Shown here: positions 1 through 10,060 of the stretch, one piece after another
Layout: the number at the start of each line of letters is the position of its first letter
Numbering within the stretch: position 1 is the stretch's first letter
Origin: Blautia sp.
GTDB lineage: Bacteria > Bacillota > Clostridia > Lachnospirales > Lachnospiraceae
Assembly (NCBI GenBank): GCA_026169535.1
Contig: JAPFCU010000061.1
Location: 39,538 to 103,537, forward strand
DNA: 64,000 nt
Direction of reading: 5' to 3'
The notes under the pieces: generated by a model
Database searches by the model: none
What the model saw: the letters and a program-made list of their open reading frames with translations, nothing else
What the model was told of the DNA's origin: nothing
Program-made: the position numbers and the translations under genes

Positions 1-195
1 TATGTGAAAAAGGGAGAAATGTGTCTGCAGATGGCTTATACCGGAAACAGGGAAGAGGCGGAGGAATTCAAAAAAGAAGTCCAGGAGATGTTTCCTGAGC
101 TTGAAATCCATATGGATCCGCTTTCCTTAAGCGTTGCCTGCCACATCGGACATGGAGCCCTTGCAGTGGCATGCTCCAAAAAGGTCACTGTATAA
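1..195 (+). CDS. DegV family fatty-acid-binding protein, C-terminal fragment (runs off window start)
   Basis: C-terminus PLSLSVACHIGHGALAV matches the DegV 'H.G.GA' end motif. Confidence 0.8.
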   Translation, partial: YVKKGEMCLQMAYTGNREEAEEFKKEVQEMFPELEIHMDPLSLSVACHIGHGALAVACSKKVTV

Positions 196-224
196 TAAAG
201 AATAAGTATGAGGAGTCATAAGAC

Positions 225-1991
225 ATGAAGAAACTGATGGAAATTATGGCAGAGGAACTTTCCTCCGCTTTTGAAAAAGCCGGATATGATCCGGAGTATG
301 GAAAAGTAACGGTATCAAACAGACCTGATCTCTGTGAGTTCCAGTGCAACGGAGCTATGGCAGGAGCAAAGGCATACAAAAAAGCCCCGTTTATGATTGC
401 AGATGATGTAGTGGAATATTTAAAGGACAGCCAGGTGTTTTCTATGGCAGAAGTGGTAAAGCCTGGCTTTATCAATCTGAAAGTAAAAGAAGAATTTCTT
501 GCGGATTATCTGAAGAAAATGGCAGAGGATCCTAAATTTTCCGTGACACAGGCGGACACACCGAAGACGATCATCATTGATTACGGCGGACCAAACGTGG
601 CAAAGCCACTTCATGTAGGGCATCTTCGTTCTGCTATTATCGGAGAGAGCATCAAACGGATCGGTCGTTTTGTGGGACATAAGGTGATCGGCGATGTTCA
701 TCTTGGAGACTGGGGACTTCAGATGGGTCTGATCATTACAGAGCTGAAACACCGCAAACCGGAACTGGTATATTTTGACGACAGCTATCAGGGAGAGTAT
801 CCGGAGGAAGCTCCGTTTACCATTGGTGAACTGGAAGAAATTTACCCCTGTGCCAGCGGAAAATCCAAGGAGGACGAGGATTACCGTAACGAGGCGCTGG
901 AGGCAACACATCTTCTCCAGCAGGGTAAGCCGGGATACATGGCTCTCTGGAACCATATCATGCAGGTTTCTGTGACAGACCTTAAGAGAAATTACGACAA
1001 CCTTAATGTATCCTTTGACCTCTGGAAAAAAGAATCAGATGCGCAGCCTTATATTCCGGATATGGTGCAGGCTATGAAAGACCAGGGCTTTGCCTATGAA
1101 GATCAGGGTGCGCTGGTAGTAGACGTAAAGGAAGAAACAGACACCAAGGAGATCCCTCCGTGTATGCTGCTGAAATCCGACGGCGCTTCTCTCTATACCA
1201 CAACAGACCTTGCGACCATTGTAGAGCGTATGAAGCTTTATGATCCGGACGAGATTCTTTATGTGGTAGATAAACGTCAGGAACTTCATTTTATCCAGGT
1301 ATTCCGCTGTGCAAGAAAAACCGGACTTGTAAAAGAAGATACCAGACTTTCTTTCCTGGGCTTCGGCACCATGAACGGAAAAGACGGCAAGCCATTTAAG
1401 ACAAGAGAAGGCGGCGTTATGAGACTGGAGCGCCTGATCGCGGATATTGATGAGGAAATGTACCGCAAAATCGTGGAAAACAGAAGCGTGAAGGACAAAG
1501 ACGCTGCAGAGACCGCTGAGATCGTAGGTCTTTCTGCAATCAAATATGGTGATCTTTCCAATCAGGCTACCAAGGATTATGTATTTGATATCGACCGGTT
1601 TACTTCTTTTGAGGGAAATACAGGTCCGTACATCCTTTATACTATTGTCCGCATCAAGTCTATCCTGAACCGTTATGTAGAAGAAGGGGGAAGCCTTGAG
1701 GGAATTCAGATTCTTCCGGCAGTAAATGACAGCCAGAAAAATCTTATGCTGGAGCTGACAAAGTTTGGGGCAACTGTAGAAAGCGCATTTGAGGAAAAAG
1801 CTCCTCATAAGATCTGTGCTTACATTTATGAGGTATCCAATGCATTTAACAGCTTCTACCATGAAACAAAGATCTTAAGTGAGGAAGATCAGGCACAGAA
1901 GGAATCTTTCCTGAAGCTTCTCAGTGTGACCAGAAGCATTCTGGAAACCAGCATCGATCTTCTTGGATTCTCCGCTCCGGACAGAATGTAA
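225..1991 (+). CDS. argS: Arginine--tRNA ligase
   Basis: PNVAKPLHVGHLRS (HIGH), GDWGLQMG, KPFKTREG, FEGNTGPYILY; 588 aa; RBS GAGGAG upstream. Confidence 0.97.
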   Translation: MKKLMEIMAEELSSAFEKAGYDPEYGKVTVSNRPDLCEFQCNGAMAGAKAYKKAPFMIADDVVEYLKDSQVFSMAEVVKPGFINLKVKEEFLADYLKKMAEDPKFSVTQADTPKTIIIDYGGPNVAKPLHVGHLRSAIIGESIKRIGRFVGHKVIGDVHLGDWGLQMGLIITELKHRKPELVYFDDSYQGEYPEEAPFTIGELEEIYPCASGKSKEDEDYRNEALEATHLLQQGKPGYMALWNHIMQVSVTDLKRNYDNLNVSFDLWKKESDAQPYIPDMVQAMKDQGFAYEDQGALVVDVKEETDTKEIPPCMLLKSDGASLYTTTDLATIVERMKLYDPDEILYVVDKRQELHFIQVFRCARKTGLVKEDTRLSFLGFGTMNGKDGKPFKTREGGVMRLERLIADIDEEMYRKIVENRSVKDKDAAETAEIVGLSAIKYGDLSNQATKDYVFDIDRFTSFEGNTGPYILYTIVRIKSILNRYVEEGGSLEGIQILPAVNDSQKNLMLELTKFGATVESAFEEKAPHKICAYIYEVSNAFNSFYHETKILSEEDQAQKESFLKLLSVTRSILETSIDLLGFSAPDRM

Positions 1992-2025
1992 AAATTATAA
2001 GAAAATCTATTTCTCAGAATATAGA

Positions 2026-2090
2026 CAAAAAGATTCTTTATCTGACAGGAAGCAGTATTTCCTGTCGGATAAGGGGTCTTTTTGTTTTTA
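2026..2090 (+). terminator. Long intrinsic terminator after argS
   Basis: CAAAAAGATTCTTTATCTGACAGGAA ... TTCCTGTCGGATAAGGGGTCTTTTTG inverted repeat followed by T run. Confidence 0.85.
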
Positions 2091-2270
2091 TGAAAAGTTT
2101 ATAATCATTCAGAACAATCTGTGCTATAATAAGCAGACAGAAATCTTATCTTTTTGCCGGGGGTCTTCCGGCAGTTTTCCATTTTTGAAAAAACAATATG
2201 CAGGATCTGTCTGTGGGCATTTACCCTGGCGGACATGATTTTTCTGTACATAGAAAGGGGAGCGGAGTGT

Positions 2271-3518
2271 ATCGAACTGATCGGAATCATTTTAAAAGGG
2301 CGATACTGTATTGTAGACCGGATTGGCAAAGGCGGACAGGGAGCACTGTATCTTGCCAGAGATATCGATCTGGGTATTTACCGGGCAGTGAAAGAACTGC
2401 CTTTGGAAAGAAAAAAAGAGGCGGGGTTCCTGCGGCTTCTGGATCATCCATCGCTGCCTCGGATGATTGATTACACAGAGCAGAAAGACAGATGTTTTCT
2501 GGTGATGGAATATATTCAGGGAAAATCTCTGAGACAGCATCTGGAAGAAGGAAGGATATTTTCAGCAGAAGAAATCATTTCCATGGGAAGAAGGATACTG
2601 GATATCTTGTCCTATCTTCATTCCAGAAAACCGGCTGTTTATTATGGAGATCTGAAGCCGGAAAATCTGATGCTGACGGATAATGGAACTTTGTATCTGA
2701 TTGATTTTGGAAGTGCTGTACTGGGGTATGACAGGCAGAAGACCATGTGCTATGGAACAAAGGGGTACGCAGCGCCGGAACAATATCAGGGGATCATAAA
2801 AGAGACCAGTGATATTTATGCATTTGGAAAAACACTGGAGAGCCTCTGCGGAAAAAGCCGTTTTCAGTGTTTTTTTCAATATCCCTATCTGGCGTTTTTT
2901 ATCTGGAAATGTTGCCGTATACAACCGGAAAAAAGATGGAAAAATGCAGAAAATGCCATAGGCGGGTTGAAAAAGCTTCAGCCTTTATCTTTGAAGCGAT
3001 GGCGTGGTCTTGCTTTGATCATGTGTGGGGTCATGACTGCTGTTTTGTGCTTCCGTATTTATATGGGTGTACAGAAACCATTGGTTTCTTTTGAAACAGC
3101 TGTTTCTTCTGTGATTTCTTTGTATGGGACAATGGATTTTCAATCCGGAGGAAAAAATATCCGGGAAATAGTATTCAGTCAGGTAGAGGAACATAGCAGG
3201 AGTTTACTGTATATATATGACAGACCGGATCAGCAGATCAGACTGTTGTATCTGCTGGCAGGAAACTGTGAGCTTCAGGGAAATCTGGTAAAGGCGGAGG
3301 GATATTACAGACAGCTTACAAAAGAAAGAAGTGCAAAAGAAGAGGAATATGCCGCTTATGGTCTGTTCCTGGCAAGACAGGGAAGGGGAGAGGAGAGCCT
3401 GGATCTATATGAAAAGTTCAAGAGAAAAAGAAAAAAGGAAAAGCTGAAACAGAGAGGACGGAATTTTAGGATATGGAACCAGTATTTAAAGAAATATACG
3501 GAGGGAGATTATGAATAA
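2271..3518 (+). CDS. Hanks-type Ser/Thr protein kinase with TM helix and TPR-like C-terminal domain (start uncertain)
   Basis: GKGGQG, AVKE, YGDLKPEN, IDFG, YAAPEQ, SDIYAFG; hydrophobic segment GLALIMCGVMTAVLCF. ORF track start 2154 is probably too far upstream; SD-like AAGGGGAG at 2255-2262. Confidence 0.85.
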   Translation: MELIGIILKGRYCIVDRIGKGGQGALYLARDIDLGIYRAVKELPLERKKEAGFLRLLDHPSLPRMIDYTEQKDRCFLVMEYIQGKSLRQHLEEGRIFSAEEIISMGRRILDILSYLHSRKPAVYYGDLKPENLMLTDNGTLYLIDFGSAVLGYDRQKTMCYGTKGYAAPEQYQGIIKETSDIYAFGKTLESLCGKSRFQCFFQYPYLAFFIWKCCRIQPEKRWKNAENAIGGLKKLQPLSLKRWRGLALIMCGVMTAVLCFRIYMGVQKPLVSFETAVSSVISLYGTMDFQSGGKNIREIVFSQVEEHSRSLLYIYDRPDQQIRLLYLLAGNCELQGNLVKAEGYYRQLTKERSAKEEEYAAYGLFLARQGRGEESLDLYEKFKRKRKKEKLKQRGRNFRIWNQYLKKYTEGDYE

Positions 3519-4317
3519 AAAATTCGGGAATGCAATCCTTATGATCGTGCTGCTGATGTATTCCGGGAACATATTGGCTATGTCAGCAGATCAGCAGCTT
3601 GGGGGCTTTCAGGTAGAGATGGGAACAGGAGAAAATACAGAGCTTCCCTGGGACTGGGATGAAGCGGCAGGAAATCCGGGAGTTCAAGAGGAACCGCAGG
3701 AAGAAATCTGGGAAGATACGGAACCACAGGAGGAAGAGGGGGGAGAGACAGGAGGAGTCTCGTATCCGGTTCAGGAAAATACAGGGAACGTTTATGCGCC
3801 GGAAAATGAAGTATCAGGAAATGCCGGTATTTCTCAGGAAACATTCTGGTCTGGCGGAGAAGCGCAAAATACCTGGGAAACTGTCATAAACAATATACCT
3901 GCAGCGGTACCTTCGCCCTCTTTGACGCCGGAACTCTCTCCATCACCTTTGCCTGCGGTTACAGCAGTTCCCTCTCAGACATTTCCTGAACCGTCTGCTC
4001 TTCCCACTGAAATAAAGAATACTGAGAAAGAAAAAACAAAGTTCTGGAAGTCAGAAGAGGCTCCAGAACTGCTATGCTGGAAAGGAGAAACAGACAGAAA
4101 TCCATGTCTGAGAATCCGGGGAAAACGGGAAGTGCAGATACTTTATTTAAAAATAAATGGAAAAGATACCAAATGGGAATGGCAGGGAGATTGTATTGTT
4201 CCAGTACAAAAAAGTCAACAGGATCCCTTGGTGGAGAAAGTTGTTACGGAACTGGCAGTTCTGGATTATGGAGATCATGTGCACGGAATTTTCATAGACG
4301 AAAAAAATAAATCATGA
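3511..4317 (+). CDS. Secreted acidic/Pro-rich hypothetical protein, translationally coupled to the kinase
   Basis: Signal-peptide-like N-terminus, Glu-rich then PSPS/PELSPSP linker; RBS GGAGGG; overlaps kinase stop. Confidence 0.7.
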   Translation: MNKKFGNAILMIVLLMYSGNILAMSADQQLGGFQVEMGTGENTELPWDWDEAAGNPGVQEEPQEEIWEDTEPQEEEGGETGGVSYPVQENTGNVYAPENEVSGNAGISQETFWSGGEAQNTWETVINNIPAAVPSPSLTPELSPSPLPAVTAVPSQTFPEPSALPTEIKNTEKEKTKFWKSEEAPELLCWKGETDRNPCLRIRGKREVQILYLKINGKDTKWEWQGDCIVPVQKSQQDPLVEKVVTELAVLDYGDHVHGIFIDEKNKS

Positions 4318-4370
4318 TATACTGTTTCTGATAAGCAGAAACTTTTGATTCATACACATTGGAGGAATTT

Positions 4371-5018
4371 ATGTATAAAGTGATTTTATTTGATCTGGAT
4401 GGAACACTGACAGAATCTGGTGAGGGAATAACCAAATCTGTGCAGTATGCATTGGAAAAACTGGGTCAGACGGAGCCGGATCTTAAAAAGCTTGAAGTAT
4501 TTGTAGGCCCGCCTCTGCTTCAGCAGTTTATGAAATACGCAGGTTTGGATGAGGAAACAGCGGTTAAGGCAGTTGAGTATTACAGAGAACGATATACAGA
4601 TATCGGAATATTTGAGAATGAGGTATATCCTGGCGTGGAGGATATGCTGGATAAGCTGAGAGGAAAAGGATATATCTTGGCGGTGGCTTCTTCCAAACCA
4701 GAGCGTTTTGTAAAAAAAGTGCTGGATCATTTTGATCTTACAAAATATTTTCATGAAATCGTAGGAAGCGAAATGAATGGTGGACGGACAAGTAAGGCTG
4801 ATGTGATCGAAGAAGCGCTTGACCGGCTCCATATGGCAGATCACCGGGATCAGGTGGTTATGGTAGGAGACAAGGAGCATGATGTTTTTGGCGCCCGTAA
4901 AGCCGGGCTTAAGTGCCTGGCAGTTTCTTATGGATATGGTTCAGAAGAAGAACTGAAAAATGCAAATCCGTTAAAGATTGTAGATTCTGCGCAGGAAGTG
5001 CTTGATTTTTTCTCTTAA
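4371..5018 (+). CDS. HAD-family phosphatase (phosphoglycolate phosphatase/5'-nucleotidase-like)
   Basis: FDLDGTL motif I, ASSK, MVGDKEHD motif IV; ATG after GGAGG. Confidence 0.9.
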   Translation: MYKVILFDLDGTLTESGEGITKSVQYALEKLGQTEPDLKKLEVFVGPPLLQQFMKYAGLDEETAVKAVEYYRERYTDIGIFENEVYPGVEDMLDKLRGKGYILAVASSKPERFVKKVLDHFDLTKYFHEIVGSEMNGGRTSKADVIEEALDRLHMADHRDQVVMVGDKEHDVFGARKAGLKCLAVSYGYGSEEELKNANPLKIVDSAQEVLDFFS

Positions 5019-5041
5019 GCCCTCTGCATAAACAGAGTCCT

Positions 5042-5845
5042 TTGAAGCAGGTGTGGAGGGCAGTATATCCCTGCGGGATCCATTTTCTGATCAGTCAGGT
5101 TATTGCCAATACAGCTTTAGCTGTGATCTTATATTGGATGGGTGGTACAGTGGAAGATTTTGCTTCCTATACAATTTTTCTTACAGGAATTTCTGCTCTT
5201 CTTACAATGCTGCCATGTGTGTATTTTTATAAAAAAGACAGAACTGCGCGAGTGCTGGGCGGTCTTATACCGGAAAAACCAGGACGAAAACTGACTCCGG
5301 GGACTGTTTTACTTCTGCTTCTTCTGGGCGCAGCATGTTCTGTGTTTGCAAATATTCTGGTGGCTATGCTTCAGAATATCCTGAATGTTCAGGCGTATCA
5401 GGAAAATATGGAACAGATCATGAGCGGAAAAAGCTTTTTTATGCTGATCTTCTGGATGGGGATCATAGCGCCGGTGGCGGAAGAGATGGTATTTCGCTGG
5501 CTGATCTATCTGCGTCTTCGGGATCACATGAAAATGGCAGCGGCAGCTGTAATTTCCGGAGTTTTCTTTGGAATATACCATATGAATCTTGTACAGGCAG
5601 TTTATGCAGGAATACTTGGTATCGTATTTGCATATATCCTGGAACTTACAGGAAATTTATGGTCCAGTGTGCTGCTGCATATGGGGGCAAATATCTGGTC
5701 TCTTGTAATGCCGGAACTGCTTGTCCGTATACCGGAAGAAAACTATGTAATGGTTGTTCTGACAATGGAGGCAGTACTTTTGGTGGTATTTACTGTGGGA
5801 GTCCGGCATTTAAAAAGAAATGCATCTAAAACGAGAATGATATAA
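5042..5845 (+). CDS. CPBP/Abi family intramembrane metalloprotease
   Basis: EEMVFR, FGIYH, HMGAN motifs; multiple TM helices; TTG start. Confidence 0.88.
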   Translation: MKQVWRAVYPCGIHFLISQVIANTALAVILYWMGGTVEDFASYTIFLTGISALLTMLPCVYFYKKDRTARVLGGLIPEKPGRKLTPGTVLLLLLLGAACSVFANILVAMLQNILNVQAYQENMEQIMSGKSFFMLIFWMGIIAPVAEEMVFRWLIYLRLRDHMKMAAAAVISGVFFGIYHMNLVQAVYAGILGIVFAYILELTGNLWSSVLLHMGANIWSLVMPELLVRIPEENYVMVVLTMEAVLLVVFTVGVRHLKRNASKTRMI

Positions 5846-5890
5846 AAAAGAGTCAGATGAAAGATTTTCTTTTTCATCTGACTCTTTTTG
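5844..5890. terminator. Bidirectional intrinsic terminator
   Basis: AAAAAGAGTCAGATGAAA ... TTTCATCTGACTCTTTTT between convergent genes. Confidence 0.85.
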
Positions 5891-5893
5891 TTG

Positions 5894-6679
5894 TTAATAT
5901 GGATCAAATTTTGAAACAATTTCTGCGGAAGTACGTGCCCCACAATCAAGGCAGGCAGGAATATCCCAACCTTGGATCAAGCCGTATATATAACCGGAAA
6001 TAAATGAATCGCCTGCTCCAACCGTATTTACAACTTCAGCAGGATAAATTCCTTGTTTATAAAATTTTTCACCATCATAACTCATACTTCCGTCTGTACC
6101 GAAGGTGGCAGTTACAATCTGAGGACCGAAGGAATGAGCTTTTTTTAGAAATTCTTCAATGTTATCATTATATTCTTCGAAGGAGAAGAAACCGAAATCT
6201 GTATTTTTTAATACCGGAGCAAGTTCATCAAAATTTTTGTTGAGAGAGAAATCAAGGATGATCTTGCATCCGGCTTGACGAAATTCCGGTAATAGATGAA
6301 GTACATGTCCGAACATATCTGTATGAATGTATTCATGAGTTTTGGTAAAAGCAATATCTTCTGCTGTAGGAGAGTAGTTTTCCATAACTCCCGGAACATT
6401 TTTAATATGATAACGATCAGTTCCATTTTTCAGAGTCATGTAAAAAACAGAAGTATCTCCCTCGTTTATTTGAATGTGAGAGGAATCTATACCATATTTT
6501 GAACATAAATCCAGCATCTCTTGTCCGAAAATATCTTTTCCAACGGTTGTGACTGCAGAGGTTTTGATTCCTCTTTTTGCAAGATTTACGATACAGTCGA
6601 TTCCGTTTCCGGTTGAATAATGCCTGTTCAGGTTTTCATACACATCAGTACAACAAAATCCAATAGCTGCAACTTTCAT
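5894..6679 (-). CDS. frlD: PfkB-family kinase, fructoselysine/fructosamine 6-kinase-like
   Basis: VNTVGAGDSFISG PfkB signature; N-terminus IGFCCTDVY...GNG similar to FrlD; adjacent deglycases; RBS AAGGAG before ATG at 6679. Confidence 0.8.
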   Translation of the reverse strand: MKVAAIGFCCTDVYENLNRHYSTGNGIDCIVNLAKRGIKTSAVTTVGKDIFGQEMLDLCSKYGIDSSHIQINEGDTSVFYMTLKNGTDRYHIKNVPGVMENYSPTAEDIAFTKTHEYIHTDMFGHVLHLLPEFRQAGCKIILDFSLNKNFDELAPVLKNTDFGFFSFEEYNDNIEEFLKKAHSFGPQIVTATFGTDGSMSYDGEKFYKQGIYPAEVVNTVGAGDSFISGYIYGLIQGWDIPACLDCGARTSAEIVSKFDPY

Positions 6680-6712
6680 TATTTTCACTCCTTTTTATTT
6701 TTTATGGAAAAG

Positions 6713-6742
6713 TATAACAATAATTGTTATATCGAATATAAC
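6713..6742. promoter_or_regulatory. Palindromic operator(s), putative FrlR/GntR site
   Basis: GTTATA-TCGAA-TATAAC at 6726-6742 and overlapping TATAACAATAATTGTTATA at 6713-6731, over the frlD promoter region. Confidence 0.6.
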
Positions 6743-6884
6743 ATATAAGAAAAAATATGTCAAATAAAAAATAATATAATGATTAAAAATACAAGATATT
6801 ATAATGAAAAAGTAAATTTATTGTATAAAATACACAAAAATAAATAGAGAATTTAAGACAAAATGTAGAAGTGTTATAAAAGTA

Positions 6885-6916
6885 TTGACATGCAAACTAA
6901 GTGATAGTAATATAAT
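6885..6916 (+). promoter_or_regulatory. Sigma-A promoter of ABC operon
   Basis: TTGACA at 6885-6890; TAATAT at 17-nt spacing (6908-6913), overlapping TATAAT (6911-6916). Confidence 0.65.
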
Positions 6917-6980
6917 AGGCATAACAAAACATAACAAATGAGCGCGCTAAACAAAACAAAATAAAAAAGGAGGCACACAA

Positions 6981-8207
6981 ATGAAAAGAAGACAATTAAC
7001 GGCAATGGCAATGACAGCACTTATGCTGACTGGAGCACTCGGAGTGCAGACAGTTCATGCAGAAGAAAAAACACAGATTAATTTATGGCATTATTTTTCG
7101 ACAGAAGGATCTTCTGAAAAACTTCAGGGGTATGTAGATGAATTTAATGCTCAGTCTGAAACAACTGAGGTGAAAGTTACAGTCCTTCCATTTGCTGATT
7201 TCAAAAAGCAATTAACAGTTGGAGCTGCTGCTTCAGCTCTTCCGGATCTGGCGATGATTGATAATTGTGATACTGTGTCTTATGCAGCAATGGGAATTTT
7301 GGAAGATGTTACAGAGGAAGTTCAGCAGTGGGAGTCCTATAAAAAATATTTTCCTGAAATACTTGCAACCTGTACTTATGAAGATAAAGTTTACGGTATG
7401 CCATTAGAGTCTAATAACCTGGAAATTATTTATAACAAAGATATATTTGACGAGCTTGGAGTAGATTATCCTACCAGTGACTGGACATTTGAGGATTTAG
7501 TAGAAACTGCAAAGGCAACTACAACAGATAAGTATAAAGGTTTTGCAGTATCTGGCATTCAGAGTGAGGAGTCTACATATCAGTTCCTTCCATTTTTCTG
7601 GACAGCAGGCGGAGAAACTATGCAGCTTGACAGTGAAGCCGGTAAAACAGCTCTGTCTTTATGGACAGACATGGTAAATGAAGGATATATGCCTAAGGAT
7701 TGTCTTTCATGGACACAGGCAGAACTGGCTTCTCAGTTTAAAAGCGGAAACATTGCAATGCATGTAATGGGATGCTGGAATATTACACCATATAAAGACA
7801 ACGGTGTGAACTTTGGTGTTGTTGAGATTCCATCGGTAACAGAGGGTGGAGAAAAGGCTACGGTATATGGTGGAGAAAATCTTTGTGTGATTGCAGGAAA
7901 AAATACAGAAAATGCACTGGAATTTCTTGAGTGGATGCAGGATTATGAAAGAATCAGCGAATGGGATGCATCAATTGATCATTTTACAGCCAGCGAAGAG
8001 GCTATGAAAGATGAACGTTTCCAGACTGAGGAAATGAAACCGTTTATTGATATGGTTCCTAATTCCCGTGCACGAGATGTGGTTACTTACTGGCCAAGTG
8101 TGTCTGAGGGATATCAGCAGGCTATTCAGGAGGCACTGTCAGGCCAGCAGCCTGTAGAACAGGCTCTGAAAGATGGTCAGGCAATGATTGATGCTGCGAA
8201 AGAATAA
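6981..8207 (+). CDS. Carbohydrate ABC transporter substrate-binding protein (CUT1)
   Basis: Signal peptide, LPDLAMID, VYGMP, GGENL features; followed by two permeases. Confidence 0.9.
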   Translation: MKRRQLTAMAMTALMLTGALGVQTVHAEEKTQINLWHYFSTEGSSEKLQGYVDEFNAQSETTEVKVTVLPFADFKKQLTVGAAASALPDLAMIDNCDTVSYAAMGILEDVTEEVQQWESYKKYFPEILATCTYEDKVYGMPLESNNLEIIYNKDIFDELGVDYPTSDWTFEDLVETAKATTTDKYKGFAVSGIQSEESTYQFLPFFWTAGGETMQLDSEAGKTALSLWTDMVNEGYMPKDCLSWTQAELASQFKSGNIAMHVMGCWNITPYKDNGVNFGVVEIPSVTEGGEKATVYGGENLCVIAGKNTENALEFLEWMQDYERISEWDASIDHFTASEEAMKDERFQTEEMKPFIDMVPNSRARDVVTYWPSVSEGYQQAIQEALSGQQPVEQALKDGQAMIDAAKE

Positions 8208-8228
8208 AACTACAGTTTAGTTGCAGGC

Positions 8229-8264
8229 AATGTCTGCGATGTACGAAAATGCATCGCAGACATT
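8229..8264 (+). other. Intercistronic stem-loop without U-tract (probable mRNA stabiliser)
   Basis: AATGTCTGCGATG ... CATCGCAGACATT, perfect 13-bp stem after the binding-protein gene. Confidence 0.65.
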
Positions 8265-8276
8265 ATGGAAAGGCGG

Positions 8277-9170
8277 ATGAATATGAAACGATTACTGCAT
8301 AAGTGGGAAGGATATATTTATGTATTACCAGCATTGATTTTTATGTTTGTATTCATTTTCTATCCCATTATTTATAACTTGATTCTGAGCCTTCAGGACG
8401 TAACAGTTACGACATTGCTTTCTCCGGATAAAGATTTTGTCGGATTGAAAAACTATATAGATGTTCTAAAACAGAAAGAGTTTTGGAATGCGTTGTTTTT
8501 AAACTGTGTATTTACAGTTGCGTGTATCTTTTTTCAGTTTATTGGTGGATTTGCACTTGCTATGGTGTTCAAAAAAGAAACTTCTTTTTTCAGAGTCACA
8601 AAAGCGCTGATGCTGATTCCTTATATTATACCGGTTACAGTAAATGCAATTCTCTGGAAGTTCTTTTTTGCTACAAATGGTGGATTTATAAATGAAGTAT
8701 TAGTTGGACTGGGTGTGATCGAAACAGGAGTAGAATGGCTGCAGCATCCATGGACGGCGATGTTTTCAGTGATTGTTGCAAATATTTGGTGCGGCATTCC
8801 GTTTTTTATGATACTTCTTTCTACTGGATTGGCAAATATTCCTATGGACTTTTATGAAAGTGCAAGAATTGATGGAGCAACTTCTTTACAACAGTTTATT
8901 TATATTACAGTTCCCAGTGTAAAAGCATCTATTCAGGCCTCACTGGTTTTGGGAATTGTATATACTTTCCGTGCATTTGAACTGATTTATGTAATGACTG
9001 GAGGAGGACCGGTAAACGGCACAGAATTGTTGACGTTGTATTCCTATAAAAACTCATTTACAAAATTTGATTTTTCTGTAGGTGCAACCATTTCTAATAT
9101 CCTTATGCTGATACTTTTGATTGTTGGAGTATTTTATATACGGATGATGAAAGATGATGAGGAGATGTGA
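8277..9170 (+). CDS. Carbohydrate ABC transporter permease
   Basis: EAA loop YESARIDGA; TGGGP; TM helices. Confidence 0.92.
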   Translation: MNMKRLLHKWEGYIYVLPALIFMFVFIFYPIIYNLILSLQDVTVTTLLSPDKDFVGLKNYIDVLKQKEFWNALFLNCVFTVACIFFQFIGGFALAMVFKKETSFFRVTKALMLIPYIIPVTVNAILWKFFFATNGGFINEVLVGLGVIETGVEWLQHPWTAMFSVIVANIWCGIPFFMILLSTGLANIPMDFYESARIDGATSLQQFIYITVPSVKASIQASLVLGIVYTFRAFELIYVMTGGGPVNGTELLTLYSYKNSFTKFDFSVGATISNILMLILLIVGVFYIRMMKDDEEM

Positions 9171-9172
9171 TT

Positions 9173-10021
9173 ATGAAAAGCTATAAGAAAAGAAAACAAA
9201 TAAAAAATGTGCTTATGGCCATAATTGCTGCGGTTCTGTTTGTCATAATGATGTTTCCGCTGTATTGGATGATTACCACATCTTTTAAGGACGAGCGTAC
9301 TGTTTTTGCATCACCTCCACAGTTGTTTCCGCTTCAGCCTACGATACAGGCATATGTTGAACAGTTTACATCCCCGATGTTTAATATTTTTCAGGGATTA
9401 AAAAACAGTGTGATCATTTCGTTTTTTGCAATGATTTTATCAGTAGTGCTTTCTATTCCGGCAGCTTATGGAATGGCAAGATTCAGATTAAAAGGAAAAA
9501 AATTTATTCTTCTGTTGTTTATGGTATCCCAGATGCTGCCTCAGATAGCAACCTTAGTGCCAAACTTTATTATTTTTCAGAAGATATCAATTTATAATAC
9601 ATATCTTGCGCCGATTTTTGCAGATGCGACTTTGGGAATTCCTTTTTGCATCCTGATGTTAAGGACTTATTTTCTCAGTGTGCCGAAAGAAATCGATGAA
9701 GCGGCAAGAATTGATGGCTGTAATTCGCTGCAGTCGTTTACTAGGGTTGTTCTTCCAATGTGTTCCGGCGGAGTGGCAGTATCATTTGTATTTTCGTTCT
9801 TGTTTGCATACAGTGATCTGGTATATGCATTGACGTATATTAACGAGTCTACGAAATGGCCGGTAACAGTAGGTATTTATAATGCAATTGGAAGATATGG
9901 TACAGCCTGGTCGCAGGCAATGGCATTTGGAACGATCGTTGCTGCACCGATTATTATTCTTTTTATCTTTATGCAGAAGTATATAGTGGAAGGACTGACA
10001 GCAGGATCTGTAAAAGGTTAA
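9173..10021 (+). CDS. Carbohydrate ABC transporter permease
   Basis: EAA loop DEAARIDGC; ends GLTAGSVKG. Confidence 0.92.
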   Translation: MKSYKKRKQIKNVLMAIIAAVLFVIMMFPLYWMITTSFKDERTVFASPPQLFPLQPTIQAYVEQFTSPMFNIFQGLKNSVIISFFAMILSVVLSIPAAYGMARFRLKGKKFILLLFMVSQMLPQIATLVPNFIIFQKISIYNTYLAPIFADATLGIPFCILMLRTYFLSVPKEIDEAARIDGCNSLQSFTRVVLPMCSGGVAVSFVFSFLFAYSDLVYALTYINESTKWPVTVGIYNAIGRYGTAWSQAMAFGTIVAAPIIILFIFMQKYIVEGLTAGSVKG

Positions 10022-10060
10022 ATATTATGTTAATAATAATTAATAAAGGAGAGATAAAAT

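Noticed and set aside
6941-6948. AGCGCGCT palindrome in the ABC operon leader as a CcpA/LacI site
   Set aside because: Too short and a poor fit to the cre consensus
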